This document shows positions 28,573-38,105 of a DNA stretch of 64,000 nucleotides, piece after piece. The translations under genes were made by a program, and so were the position numbers. The notes below the pieces were generated by a model that did no database searches, was not told the origin of the DNA, and worked only from the letters and a program-made list of their open reading frames with translations. Every line of letters begins with the position of its first letter. The stretch's first letter is position 1. Source of the stretch: Longimicrobiales bacterium (GTDB lineage: Bacteria > Gemmatimonadota > Gemmatimonadetes > Longimicrobiales > Gaopeijiaceae); assembly GCA_965226375.1 (NCBI GenBank), contig CBDDCX010000008.1, positions 128,001 through 192,000 on the forward strand. The letters are read 5' to 3'.

Positions 28573-30012
28573 ATGGAAGGCCACGCCTATCCGTTGGAGC
28601 CCTCAACGGACCAGATGCGGGTGATGGTCGATAAGGCAGCCGAGCGGGTGATCGATCACATCGCTTCGCTACCGCGTCAACCGGCCTCCTACGACGAACA
28701 CGAGGCCGATGCACATGCCAGGGCGGCCGCACTTGCCGAGTCCCTCCCGGAGCGGGGCACCGACCTCGATGGGCTCTTGGACCTCCTGTTCCGGGAGGCG
28801 GTCCCGCTCTCCTACAACACGGCTGCACCGGGTTATCTCGCGTACATCCCGGGGGGTGGCGTCTTCCCGTCCGCGGTCGCCGACTTCATCGCGAACGCCG
28901 TGAATCGATACGTCGGGGTGTGGATTGCCGCACCGGGACTCGTGCAGCTCGAGCTGAACGTCGTTCGGTGGTTCTGTGAGATCATCGGCTATCCACCCAG
29001 CTCTGGTGGCATCCTCACCAGCGGCGGGTCCTTGGCGAACTTCACCGCGATGGTAACCGGGCGGAGGGAACGCCTTCCCGATGACTTCCTGGCCGGGACG
29101 ATCTACACCTCGGACCAAACCCATCATTCCGTTCGGAAGGCGGTGATCCTGGCGGGTTTTCGGGAGGAGAACGTTCGTGAGATCGCCACGAACGAGGACT
29201 ATGAGATACGCCTCGACGACTTGCGGCGGCGCATCGCCGAAGACCGGGAAGGCGGACTGCGACCCTTCATGCTCGTGACCAGCGCGGGCACCACGAACAC
29301 GGGGGCCGTCGACGATCTAGGTGGCGCCGCCGACGTAGCCGAAGACGAGGGACTGTGGCTGCATGTCGATGCGGCGTATGGCGGTTTCTTCATGCTTACG
29401 GAGCGAGGGCGGGAGGCCATGCGAGGCATCGAGCGGGCTGACTCGGTCGCGCTCGACCCGCATAAGGGGTTGTTTCTGCCGTACGGCAGCGGATCACTGC
29501 TTGTGCGTGATCCCGAGGCGCTGCGGCGGGCGCACACGACCTTCGCCGACTACATGCCGGAGATGCAGCAGGACGTCGACCTCGTCGACTTCTGTCAGAT
29601 ATCGCCCGAGCTGTCCCGGGACTTCAGGGGACTGCGAGCGTGGCTTCCCATCAAGCTCTTCGGAATCGATGCCTTTCGCTCGAGCCTCGATGAAAAGCTC
29701 GATCTCGCGCGGTGGGCTACCGACCAGCTCAGAGAGGTACCGGGCATGGAGATCCTCGCGGAGCCCCAGCTCTCCCTCACTGCCTTCCGTTGGGCTCCTG
29801 CAGGCTACTCCGAAGACGGACTGAACGACCTGAACCGCGACCTGCTCACTTGCGTCAACGCTCGACAGAACGTCTACCTCACCGGCACGATGCTTCGGGA
29901 CCGGTACGCCCTTCGGATCTGCGTGCTCTCATTCCGGACGCACCGCGACCGCATGGAACAGTGTGTCGTCGACATTCGGGAGTGCATGGAGGAGCTGACC
30001 AGGGCGGAATAG
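28573..30012 (+). CDS. PLP-dependent group II (aromatic-L-amino-acid/glutamate) decarboxylase
   Basis: GGSLAN, HHS, AGTTNTG, WLHVDAAYGG, DPHK. Confidence 0.92.
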   Translation: MEGHAYPLEPSTDQMRVMVDKAAERVIDHIASLPRQPASYDEHEADAHARAAALAESLPERGTDLDGLLDLLFREAVPLSYNTAAPGYLAYIPGGGVFPSAVADFIANAVNRYVGVWIAAPGLVQLELNVVRWFCEIIGYPPSSGGILTSGGSLANFTAMVTGRRERLPDDFLAGTIYTSDQTHHSVRKAVILAGFREENVREIATNEDYEIRLDDLRRRIAEDREGGLRPFMLVTSAGTTNTGAVDDLGGAADVAEDEGLWLHVDAAYGGFFMLTERGREAMRGIERADSVALDPHKGLFLPYGSGSLLVRDPEALRRAHTTFADYMPEMQQDVDLVDFCQISPELSRDFRGLRAWLPIKLFGIDAFRSSLDEKLDLARWATDQLREVPGMEILAEPQLSLTAFRWAPAGYSEDGLNDLNRDLLTCVNARQNVYLTGTMLRDRYALRICVLSFRTHRDRMEQCVVDIRECMEELTRAE

Positions 30013-30211
30013 CGACTCCCACTACGCGTCTAGTGTCTCCACTTCGAAGCTCACCCTCCGTGCATCGAACGCCATGCGGCCGCCGATGTGCCTGGAGTTG
30101 TCGATGGGCTCGGGGTACCCCCGAGGTTGGGTCAATAGGTGTGTAAACGTATCAGGCGGTATTCTTCCGCTGTTGGGTTGAGACCTCTTTTATATATATG
30201 TAGTAGTATGG

Positions 30212-30600
30212 CTAGTAGTGGTGGGCTGTGGACCCAGGACCGGGCCGATCCGGTCGCACGGGTTGTCGATCCGAAACTCCATCGCCACGGCCCATTCCAA
30301 CACCGCACGGAGGCGTTGGCGCAGCTTCCGGGCGGTGGCCCGCCTTCTCGTGCCAGATGGGCGCGAGGATCTCCAGCATGTCGGCGCTAGTGACCTCCGA
30401 CACCGGCACCTTCCCGACCCGCGGGAAGGCATACCGCTCGAAGGTCAACATCCAGTCGCGGCCCTGCGCTCGACTTCGCCACCCGGCCCTCTTCTGCTCG
30501 ACCACACGTCGAGCGGCTTCGGCGAACGTGGGTATGCCGACGGAGCGCCGCTTCTCGGCCAGCGGGTCGCCGAGAACCAGGCCCGTGGCGGCACCCGCGG
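30212..30600 (-). pseudogene. P4-type integrase remnant (central domain, frameshifted)
   Basis: GDPLAEKRR..PTFAEAA...YAFP.VG..PVSEVT..D.LEILAPIW / TARKLRQRLRAVLEWAVA...DNP split across two frames; no catalytic domain. Confidence 0.8.
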
Positions 30601-30720
30601 CCGCCGAGATCAACAAGGGGGATCGGTGAGCACATCCACCACGGGGAGTCAGTGGGTGAGTTTGAAGAGTCGGACAAGCAGGTACAGCAGGTAGTGAGAG
30701 CTGATCGCCGGACCTCGCTA

Positions 30721-30747
30721 TCCCAACTGTTGGGAGAACTGTTGGGA
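30721..30747. repeat. Putative integrase arm-type sites
   Basis: AACTGTTGGGA x2 (30725-30735, 30737-30747) upstream of the integrase remnant. Confidence 0.55.
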
Positions 30748-30952
30748 CGTTGAGGCCTTGAGATATCCTCTGAGACCTGATCTTCCCTGAACCCAAGGTC
30801 TCCAGAGGCCCCGTCCTTGCGGGGCTCGTCGGCTCTGACCCGTCCTCGCAGCTCCTCGTTCCATGCCTTGCCAGGGCGGCGCATCGGTCCCCTCGGTGCG
30901 TCACCGTATTTCGGGCACAGGACACGAGTGTCCTGAGGTCCGTAGAGCCTCG

Positions 30953-32776
30953 TCAGTCCCCCGCGGTTCCGACCACAGTGGACTCGATGTCCTGTTCCAG
31001 CATCTGTCGACGGAGGAGTGTGGCGTAGGTACCACCGAGGGCCATGAGTTCGGAATGCCGGCCGCGCTCCGCGATGCGGCCGTCTGTCAGAACCAGGATC
31101 AGGTCGGCGTTCATGACCGCCGAGACCCGGTGGCTGATGATGAATGACGTCCGTCCCGCCATCACCCGAGCCAGGTCGTCCAGAATGCGGGCCTCGGTAT
31201 CGGTGTCGACCGCGCTCAATGCGTCGTCCAGAATCAAGATCGTGGGGTCGCGCGCCACAGCACGGGCCAAAGTCGCGCGTTGCTTTTGACCTCCCGAGAG
31301 GTTGATCCCTCGCTCACCCAGATAGGTGCCGTAGCCCTTCGGAAACCCGCGGATCGACTCGTCCAGCTGGGCGATGCGAGCCGCCTCGGCCACGGCCTCT
31401 TCAGGATCTTCCAGAGGTCCCTCCGGGACGTTGTGGGCCTGGCGCTCCTCGCGCGCCCACCAGTCTCCGGGAAGTCCAAGGCCGATGTTTTCCTCGATGG
31501 TCGTGGAGAACAGGAACGGATCCTGCGGAACCATGCCGATCAGGGTCCGTAATTCTTCCGGGTCCAACTTCCTGACACCGACTCCGTCCACCAACACCTC
31601 ACCTTCGGTGGCGTCGTAGACTCGCGGGATCAGCGAGACGAGGGTCGTTTTGCCCGAGCCTGTGGGGCCCACCACCGCCACGGTCTCGCCGGGCTTGGCC
31701 ACGAATGAGACGTTTTCCAAGACGAGGCGTTCGGTACCGGGGTATCGGAACGACACGTTCCGGAACTCGATCTCCCCCCGCGCGCTCTCGAGGCGAGTGG
31801 GGAGCTGGGGAGCTCGGACGTCGGGCTCGGTGGATAGGATCTTGTTGATGCGGCCCATGCTCGCGGCGCCCCTCTGGTACAGGTTGACCACCCACCCCAG
31901 GGCGATGAGGGGCCAGATGAGAAGTGCCAGGTAGATCTGGAACGCTACGAAGGCACCGATGGTGATTCGCCCGGCGATGACCTCCAGTCCTCCGAACCAG
32001 AGGACGATCACCATACCCACACCCGAGAAGAGGGCCAGGATCGGGTGGAAGAGACCCGCCACCCTCACCAGGGCCATGTTCCGGTCCATGTACTGGCGAT
32101 TGAGCTCGTCGAAGTGCTCTGCCTGTGACCCTTCTTGGACATATGCCCGCACGATTCGCATGCCCGTCAGGTTCTCCTGGACCATCGTCGACAGCGTAGA
32201 GAACTGCTCCTGGATCTGCTCGAAGTGGGCGTGGATGACCCGGCCGAAGGCGATGACCACGGGCGGGAGGACGATCATGGGGATCAATGCGAACGCCGTG
32301 AGCCGTGGACTGATCCACAGCATGAAGCTCAGGGCGAGGAGGAAGATGACCGACGTATTCACCGAGTACATGATGGCCGGACCCGCTGCCATGCGTACCG
32401 CCAGAGTGTCGTTCGTCGCCCGTGCCATGAGGTCGCCGGTACGAACCGATCCGTAGAATGTCGCGTCCAGCCGTAGTAGGTGTTTGAAGAAATCGTTCCG
32501 GAGGTCGCACTCGATACGGCGGCTCACCCCATTCAGCAACTCACGCATCCCGTACTTGGCAGCCCCTGCCACCAGGGCCACGCCCACGATGAGCAACGCG
32601 TAGGTGCCGATGCGAGCGGCTGTGACCGAGGGGTCGCCCAGGCCGTCGATGGCCAGCTTCACGAGGTACGGGGCGGCCACGGTGAAGAGGTTGGTGATCA
32701 CGACCAGAACGAGCCCCAGCGCGAAGCCCCTTCGGTAGGGCCGGAAGTAAGGCAGGATCGTGCGGAGTTCCCTCAT
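30953..32776 (-). CDS. ABC transporter, fused permease/ATPase (MsbA/MdlA-like)
   Basis: TM domain; GPTGSGKT, LSGGQKQR, ILDDALS, ISHR. Confidence 0.95.
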   Translation of the reverse strand: MRELRTILPYFRPYRRGFALGLVLVVITNLFTVAAPYLVKLAIDGLGDPSVTAARIGTYALLIVGVALVAGAAKYGMRELLNGVSRRIECDLRNDFFKHLLRLDATFYGSVRTGDLMARATNDTLAVRMAAGPAIMYSVNTSVIFLLALSFMLWISPRLTAFALIPMIVLPPVVIAFGRVIHAHFEQIQEQFSTLSTMVQENLTGMRIVRAYVQEGSQAEHFDELNRQYMDRNMALVRVAGLFHPILALFSGVGMVIVLWFGGLEVIAGRITIGAFVAFQIYLALLIWPLIALGWVVNLYQRGAASMGRINKILSTEPDVRAPQLPTRLESARGEIEFRNVSFRYPGTERLVLENVSFVAKPGETVAVVGPTGSGKTTLVSLIPRVYDATEGEVLVDGVGVRKLDPEELRTLIGMVPQDPFLFSTTIEENIGLGLPGDWWAREERQAHNVPEGPLEDPEEAVAEAARIAQLDESIRGFPKGYGTYLGERGINLSGGQKQRATLARAVARDPTILILDDALSAVDTDTEARILDDLARVMAGRTSFIISHRVSAVMNADLILVLTDGRIAERGRHSELMALGGTYATLLRRQMLEQDIESTVVGTAGD

Positions 32777-32798
32777 CGCCAAACGGGGCTCCCCCTTC

Positions 32799-34577
32799 TC
32801 ACCACCCGACCGCCGTTCCGCCCCGCCGCGGGTCGGAGGCCGCCTGCAGCGTGCCGTCTGGCATGACGATGATGGCCTGCACGTCGCCCGAGACGCCGCC
32901 GCGCTCGACCATCGTGTGCCCTCGGGCTTCCAGAGCCGCCACCACCCCGGGCTCCAGCCCTCCCTTCTCGTAGTAGATCTGATCCGGTAAGTGCTGATGG
33001 TGGACGCGAGAAGCGTTCACGGCCTGCACCACGTTCATCCCGTAATCCACCACGTTCACGATGGTCTGAAAGGTCGTAGTGATGATCGTGGCGCCGCCGG
33101 GGGTTCCCGTGACGAAGAAGAGTTCTCCGTCGGGACGGATAACGATCGTGGGGGTCATGGCCGACAGCATGCGCTTGCCCGGACCCACGGCGTTGTTCTC
33201 GCCCTGCACGAGCCCGAACTGGTTGGGTGTGCCCGGTTTGGCGGCGAAGTCGTCCATCTCGTTGTTGAGCACGAACCCCGCGCCTGCCACGGTAACCTTG
33301 CTGCCGAACCAGGAGTTGATGGTGGTCGTGACCGAGACGGCGTTCCCGTCGGCATCGACAATCGAGAAGTGGGTCGTGTGATCCCCTTCGTGCGGAGGCT
33401 CCAGGCCGGGACCGACATCCGAGGACGGAGTGGTGCGATCCGTGATGTCCGCGCCCCTTTCTCGGGCGTACGCCTTCGACGTCATGCGCTCCAGGGGCAT
33501 GTCTACAAAGTCGGGGTCGGCCAGGTACTCGTTGCGATCGGAGTAGGCTCGCCGCCACGCTTCCGCCAGGAGGTGGACCATGTCCGCCGAGTGCCAGTCT
33601 ACGGACCTGAGGTCATGACCTTCCAGGATGTTGGCCATCTCGGCCATGGTGGCTCCACCCGACGACGAGGGCGGCATGGACAACACCCCATACCCTCGGT
33701 ACGTGAACTCGACGGGGTCACGCCAGGCGGCCGTGTACGTTTCCAAGTCCTGGTGGGAAATGACGCCACCGCCACGCTCCATCTCGGCGACGATGAGGTC
33801 GGCGGTCTCGCCGCGGTAGAACCCGTCCGAGCCGTTGTCCCGAATCCGCCCCAGTGTCGAGGCGAGCGCCGGCTGCGAGAAGGTCTCCCCCACTTCGGCC
33901 ACGTGTCCGTCGGGCAAGAAGGTGGCGGCTGTCGTCGCAAACCGCGTAAGGCCGTCACTCGAGCTCAATAGATTGCCGCGGAACCGCTCGTGCACCACGA
34001 ACCCCTCGGCCAGCCCAACCGCCGGCTCCACCAGATCCGCCCACGGCAGAGAGCCGAAGCGCCGGTGTGCTTGCCAGAGCCCCATCACCGAGCCGGGCAC
34101 ACCGGCCGCCAGATGCCCGACCACCGACTTGTCGGTGAGGTTACCGTCCTCGTCGAGGAACATGTCACGCGTCGCGGCCAGGGGACCCTTCTCCCGGTAG
34201 TCCAGCGCGGCGGTGGTTCCATCCGCCATCCTCACCATCATGAACCCGCCACCGCCGATGTTGCCGGCTTCGGGGTTCACCACGGCCAGAGCCAGGGACA
34301 CCGCAATGGCTGCGTCGACGGCGTTGCCGCCGGCCCGCATGACCTCGACGCCTATTTCACTGGCGTACACGTCGGTACTGACCACCATGCCGTTCGCGGC
34401 CGAGACCGGTGGTGTGTCCGACGGATACCGCCAGGCATCGTTGAACGAAACGACAGCCGCGCTGCCGCCGTCCGGCGCGGCACCCTCGGGAGCGCACGTC
34501 CCCGTTCCAAGGATCAGTACGAAGGCGAACGCACCCGGCGCAGCCGAGCGAAGCCATGTCAGTCGCGTACCGAGCAT
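32799..34577 (-). CDS. ggt: Gamma-glutamyltransferase
   Basis: GGNAVDAA, GGGGF, TTHFSIVD..GNAVS.T.TIN, LNNEMDDF, SAMTP, SDPR. Confidence 0.95.
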   Translation of the reverse strand: MLGTRLTWLRSAAPGAFAFVLILGTGTCAPEGAAPDGGSAAVVSFNDAWRYPSDTPPVSAANGMVVSTDVYASEIGVEVMRAGGNAVDAAIAVSLALAVVNPEAGNIGGGGFMMVRMADGTTAALDYREKGPLAATRDMFLDEDGNLTDKSVVGHLAAGVPGSVMGLWQAHRRFGSLPWADLVEPAVGLAEGFVVHERFRGNLLSSSDGLTRFATTAATFLPDGHVAEVGETFSQPALASTLGRIRDNGSDGFYRGETADLIVAEMERGGGVISHQDLETYTAAWRDPVEFTYRGYGVLSMPPSSSGGATMAEMANILEGHDLRSVDWHSADMVHLLAEAWRRAYSDRNEYLADPDFVDMPLERMTSKAYARERGADITDRTTPSSDVGPGLEPPHEGDHTTHFSIVDADGNAVSVTTTINSWFGSKVTVAGAGFVLNNEMDDFAAKPGTPNQFGLVQGENNAVGPGKRMLSAMTPTIVIRPDGELFFVTGTPGGATIITTTFQTIVNVVDYGMNVVQAVNASRVHHQHLPDQIYYEKGGLEPGVVAALEARGHTMVERGGVSGDVQAIIVMPDGTLQAASDPRRGGTAVGW

Positions 34578-34590
34578 TCAATCATCCTCT

Positions 34591-35789
34591 CTAGTCGGTG
34601 TTGTCAGTCCCGGCCATCTCGCCGAGGAGGCGGATGGCACCGGCGGCCAGTGCAGCGGCGCCGACGGGAATCGCCGACTCGTCGATGTCGAAGTCGGATC
34701 TATGGTGCATACGTGGCTCGGAAGGGGCTGCGCCCAGGAAGAAAAAGGTGCCCGGTGCCTCTTGCGCCAGAAAGGAGAAGTCTGCCCCGAAGGTCATCGG
34801 CTCGATGGGCAAGGTTGCGTCCTCGCCCACCAGGTCGACGGCCGCGGCCTGCACCCACTGCGTGACGCGGGCGTCGTTGACCACGGGCAGGTACCCGGGG
34901 CCGATGTTGACGGTCACTTCGGCGCCGAGGGACTCGAGCATTCGAAACGATCCCTCCAGATGTCGGCAGAGCCGCTCGCGCACGTCCGGGGTGAAGAACC
35001 GCATGGTCCCCTCGAGCGTGATCCGGTCTGCCAACACGTTTCCGGCGGTGCCTCCCTCGATGCGACCGAAGGTGAGGACCCCCGCCTCGGTGGGAGAGAG
35101 GCCGCGAGAGACGGCCTGTTGTGCGGCGACGATCCCCTGAGCCGCCAGCACGAGCGCGTCCACACCCAGGTCCGGCCGGGCGGCGTGGCCGCTCTGGCCC
35201 CGGACCTCCACACGGATCTCCTCGGTGCCCGCCATCAGAGGGCCCGGCCGAAAGAAGAGCTTGCCCGAAGGGAGCACCGACGTGATGTGGAGTCCCGTCA
35301 CGGCCGTGACTCCCTCCATCGCGCCCTCTTCCACCATGCGCATTGCGCCACTCTTGCCTTCGTCGTCGGTTCCCTCTTCGGAGGGCTGGAAGAGGAACCG
35401 AACGGTGCCGGCGGCAGCCGGCCCTCCTCTCGCTCGTGTGCCAGCAGCTTCGCCGCTCCGATCAGGCCTGCGACGTGGGCGTCGTGGCCACAGGCGTGCA
35501 TGACGCCAGGGGTTTCGGACACGAAGGCGTGAGTGTTGGTCTCATGAATCGGAAGAGCGTCCATGTCGGCTCGGAGAGCGATCGTGGGACCCTCTCCGTT
35601 CTCGAGGTCGGCGACTACACCCGTGATCCCTACCTGGGTGCGGACCCGGCACCCCAGAGCCTCCATGGCCGTGGACGCGATAGCGGCGGTGCGCACCTCT
35701 TCAAAGGAGAGCTCCGGGTGTCGGTGCAGATCTCTGCGGATCTCCACCAGGTCGGGAGCCATCGATCGTGCCTGCTCGAGAAGGTCCAA
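34591..35789 (-). pseudogene. M20 amidohydrolase split by a 1-nt frameshift near 35412 (pseudogene or sequencing error)
   Basis: RRDLHRHPEL, RADMDAL, HACGHDAH in one frame; adding one base restores GTVRFLFQPSEEG joined to ORF 34591..35343. Confidence 0.85.
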
Positions 35790-35971
35790 AGGGAGTCACC
35801 CGGTGTATGTGGTCTGCGCCCGCCGTTTCAAGACAGGGCGTCGGTTGCTGCCTGAAAAATACGAAGGTTAGGTTGTTCGCGTGTGCAAGATGCCGCAAGC
35901 GGGTCGACAGATACCGCTCGCGAGCCGAGCGGACACCCCGGTTCACGTTTACGGAGGAGCGGTCGGCATTC

Positions 35972-36922
35972 ATGCTCGATGACCGTCTTACAGAGCAGAG
36001 GAACCCGCGTTCCGCGCGCGTCGATACGCTCTCGTCATTGGAGATCGTAGATCTCATCAACGCCGAGGACCGGTTGGTGGCCGACGCCGTGGCGGAGGAA
36101 CGCGTGGCGATGGCACGCACCATAGACATGGTCGTGGAGGTGTTCAGGGCGGGCGGGCGCTTGATCTACGTGGGGGCCGGCACTTCGGGCCGTCTGGGTG
36201 TGTTGGACGCGGCCGAGATGCCTCCCACGTTCGGCACCGATCCGACCATGGTCCAGGGCATCATCGCCGGAGGTTTGGAGGCGCTGGTTCGCTCCAGGGA
36301 GGGGGCTGAGGACAGCCCCGTGCAGGGGGCCGAGGACATCGATGGGCGGAATGTGGGACCGCTCGACTTCGTCTTGGGGATCGCCACGTCGGGGACCACG
36401 CCCTACGTGCATGAAGCGCTCGCTCGGGCCCGGGAACTGGGTGCCCGCACGGGATTCCTCCTCTGCACCCATCCGTCGCCTGAGCTGGTCGATACCCACG
36501 ACGTCGTCATCGCCCCACTGGTGGGGCCGGAGGTGGTGACGGGATCCACGCGCATGAAGGCCGGAACCGCCACCAAGCTGGTTCTCAACATCATCACGAC
36601 AGGCGCCATGATTCGCATCGGCAAGGTCTTCGGGAACCTCATGGTGGATCTCCAGGCCACGTGCGAGAAGCTTCAGGACCGGGCAGAGCGAATCCTCATG
36701 AATGCGCTTTATGTGGAACGGTCCGAGGCGACTGGCCTTCTCGACGCGGCGGGCGGTCATGTGAAGACGGCCTTGGTCATGGGTGGCAGAGGGGTCGGCA
36801 AGGAAGAGGCAACCGGCATACTCCACGCGGCAGACGGTGTGCTCACGCGCGTCCTGGAAGACCTGCCCTTGAACCCCAGCGGGAATCCCAGCGCGGACCC
36901 CAGCGGGGACTCCACCGAGTGA
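35972..36922 (+). CDS. murQ: N-acetylmuramic acid 6-phosphate etherase
   Basis: TEQRNP, GAGTSGRLGVLDAAE, AED, GSTRMKAGTA, GNLMVD. Confidence 0.95.
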   Translation: MLDDRLTEQRNPRSARVDTLSSLEIVDLINAEDRLVADAVAEERVAMARTIDMVVEVFRAGGRLIYVGAGTSGRLGVLDAAEMPPTFGTDPTMVQGIIAGGLEALVRSREGAEDSPVQGAEDIDGRNVGPLDFVLGIATSGTTPYVHEALARARELGARTGFLLCTHPSPELVDTHDVVIAPLVGPEVVTGSTRMKAGTATKLVLNIITTGAMIRIGKVFGNLMVDLQATCEKLQDRAERILMNALYVERSEATGLLDAAGGHVKTALVMGGRGVGKEEATGILHAADGVLTRVLEDLPLNPSGNPSADPSGDSTE

Positions 36923-38085
36923 GTTCCGGGGAGCTCGTGGTGGGTCTCATGTCGGGGACCTCGCTGGACGGAATCGACGCCGCACTCGTACGCTTCGAGG
37001 GGAGCACGCTCGAGAATTTCGGGTGGAGGCTCGTCGCCTTCGCGAACACGCCATATGGCCCCGATCGACAGGCGCTCTTATTGAAGGGCATGGAAGATGG
37101 GACGCCGGATGGACTGTGCATCCTGAACGCCTCTCTCGGGGAGTGGATGGCTGCCGCCGTTCTGAACGTGTGCGAGGGTGCCGATGTGAACCCGACCGAT
37201 CTCACGGCCGTCGGGTGCCACGGACATACCATTTGGCACATTCCACCGGAGGGTGGCGAGCGCGGGTCGACCCTCCAACTCGGCGATCCCGCCACCGTCG
37301 CCGAGGTCACGGGTGTGCCGGTCGTAAGCGACTTCCGAAGCCGAGACGTGGCCGCCGGAGGACACGGAGCACCCATGGTCACCTGGCCGGACTGGTTGCT
37401 CTATTCGGCGCAAGATCGGCGCCGAGCGGTACACAATATGGGTGGCATCTCCAACGTGACCTGGCTTCCCCCTTCGGGGTCCGACGAGCCCCTCCTGGCC
37501 TTCGACACGGGGCCCGGGATGGGCTTGGTGGACGAGGCCACTCGGCGGGCCACCCAGGGTGATCTCCCCTATGACGTCGATGGCGAGCTGGCCCGGAAGG
37601 GTCGGGTGGACCAGGCCCTACTGGCTCGCCTTCTCGACGACGACTACTTCCGCGCCGGGCCGCCCAAGACGACCGGTCGGGAGCGGTACGGTCGGGACTA
37701 CGTGGATCGGCTCGCCGAGGGGCTCCGCCCCGGCTCGGACGAGCCGGCGTGGCGCGACCTTATCGCGACGCTCACCGCCCTGACGGCTCGCACCTTGGGT
37801 GAGGCCTACCGCACGTGGGTACTCCCGAAAGGGCTCGACGAAGTGTTCTTGATGGGCGGCGGATCTCGCAACCCCGTGCTGGTCGAGGCGATCCGGGCGG
37901 AGTTGGCTCCTCTTCCGGTGATGGACGGTGGCGAGTTGGGGGTCGACCCGGACGCCCGCGAGGCGCTCGCCTTTGCGGTTCTCACCTGGGCGCACCTGCA
38001 CGGCGTCGCGTGCAACGCGCCCGACGCGACGGGGGCACGGGGCCCCCGGGTGCTGGGCTCCCTCACGCCCGGAGCGAGCTCGTGA
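36919..38085 (+). CDS. anmK: Anhydro-N-acetylmuramic acid kinase
   Basis: GLMSGTSLDGID, HGHT, DFRSRD.AAGGHGAP, N.GGISN, FDTGPG, GGG; GTG start overlaps the murQ stop. Confidence 0.95.
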   Translation: MSSGELVVGLMSGTSLDGIDAALVRFEGSTLENFGWRLVAFANTPYGPDRQALLLKGMEDGTPDGLCILNASLGEWMAAAVLNVCEGADVNPTDLTAVGCHGHTIWHIPPEGGERGSTLQLGDPATVAEVTGVPVVSDFRSRDVAAGGHGAPMVTWPDWLLYSAQDRRRAVHNMGGISNVTWLPPSGSDEPLLAFDTGPGMGLVDEATRRATQGDLPYDVDGELARKGRVDQALLARLLDDDYFRAGPPKTTGRERYGRDYVDRLAEGLRPGSDEPAWRDLIATLTALTARTLGEAYRTWVLPKGLDEVFLMGGGSRNPVLVEAIRAELAPLPVMDGGELGVDPDAREALAFAVLTWAHLHGVACNAPDATGARGPRVLGSLTPGASS

Positions 38086-38105
38086 GCTCGCGCTCCGGCG
38101 GGACC

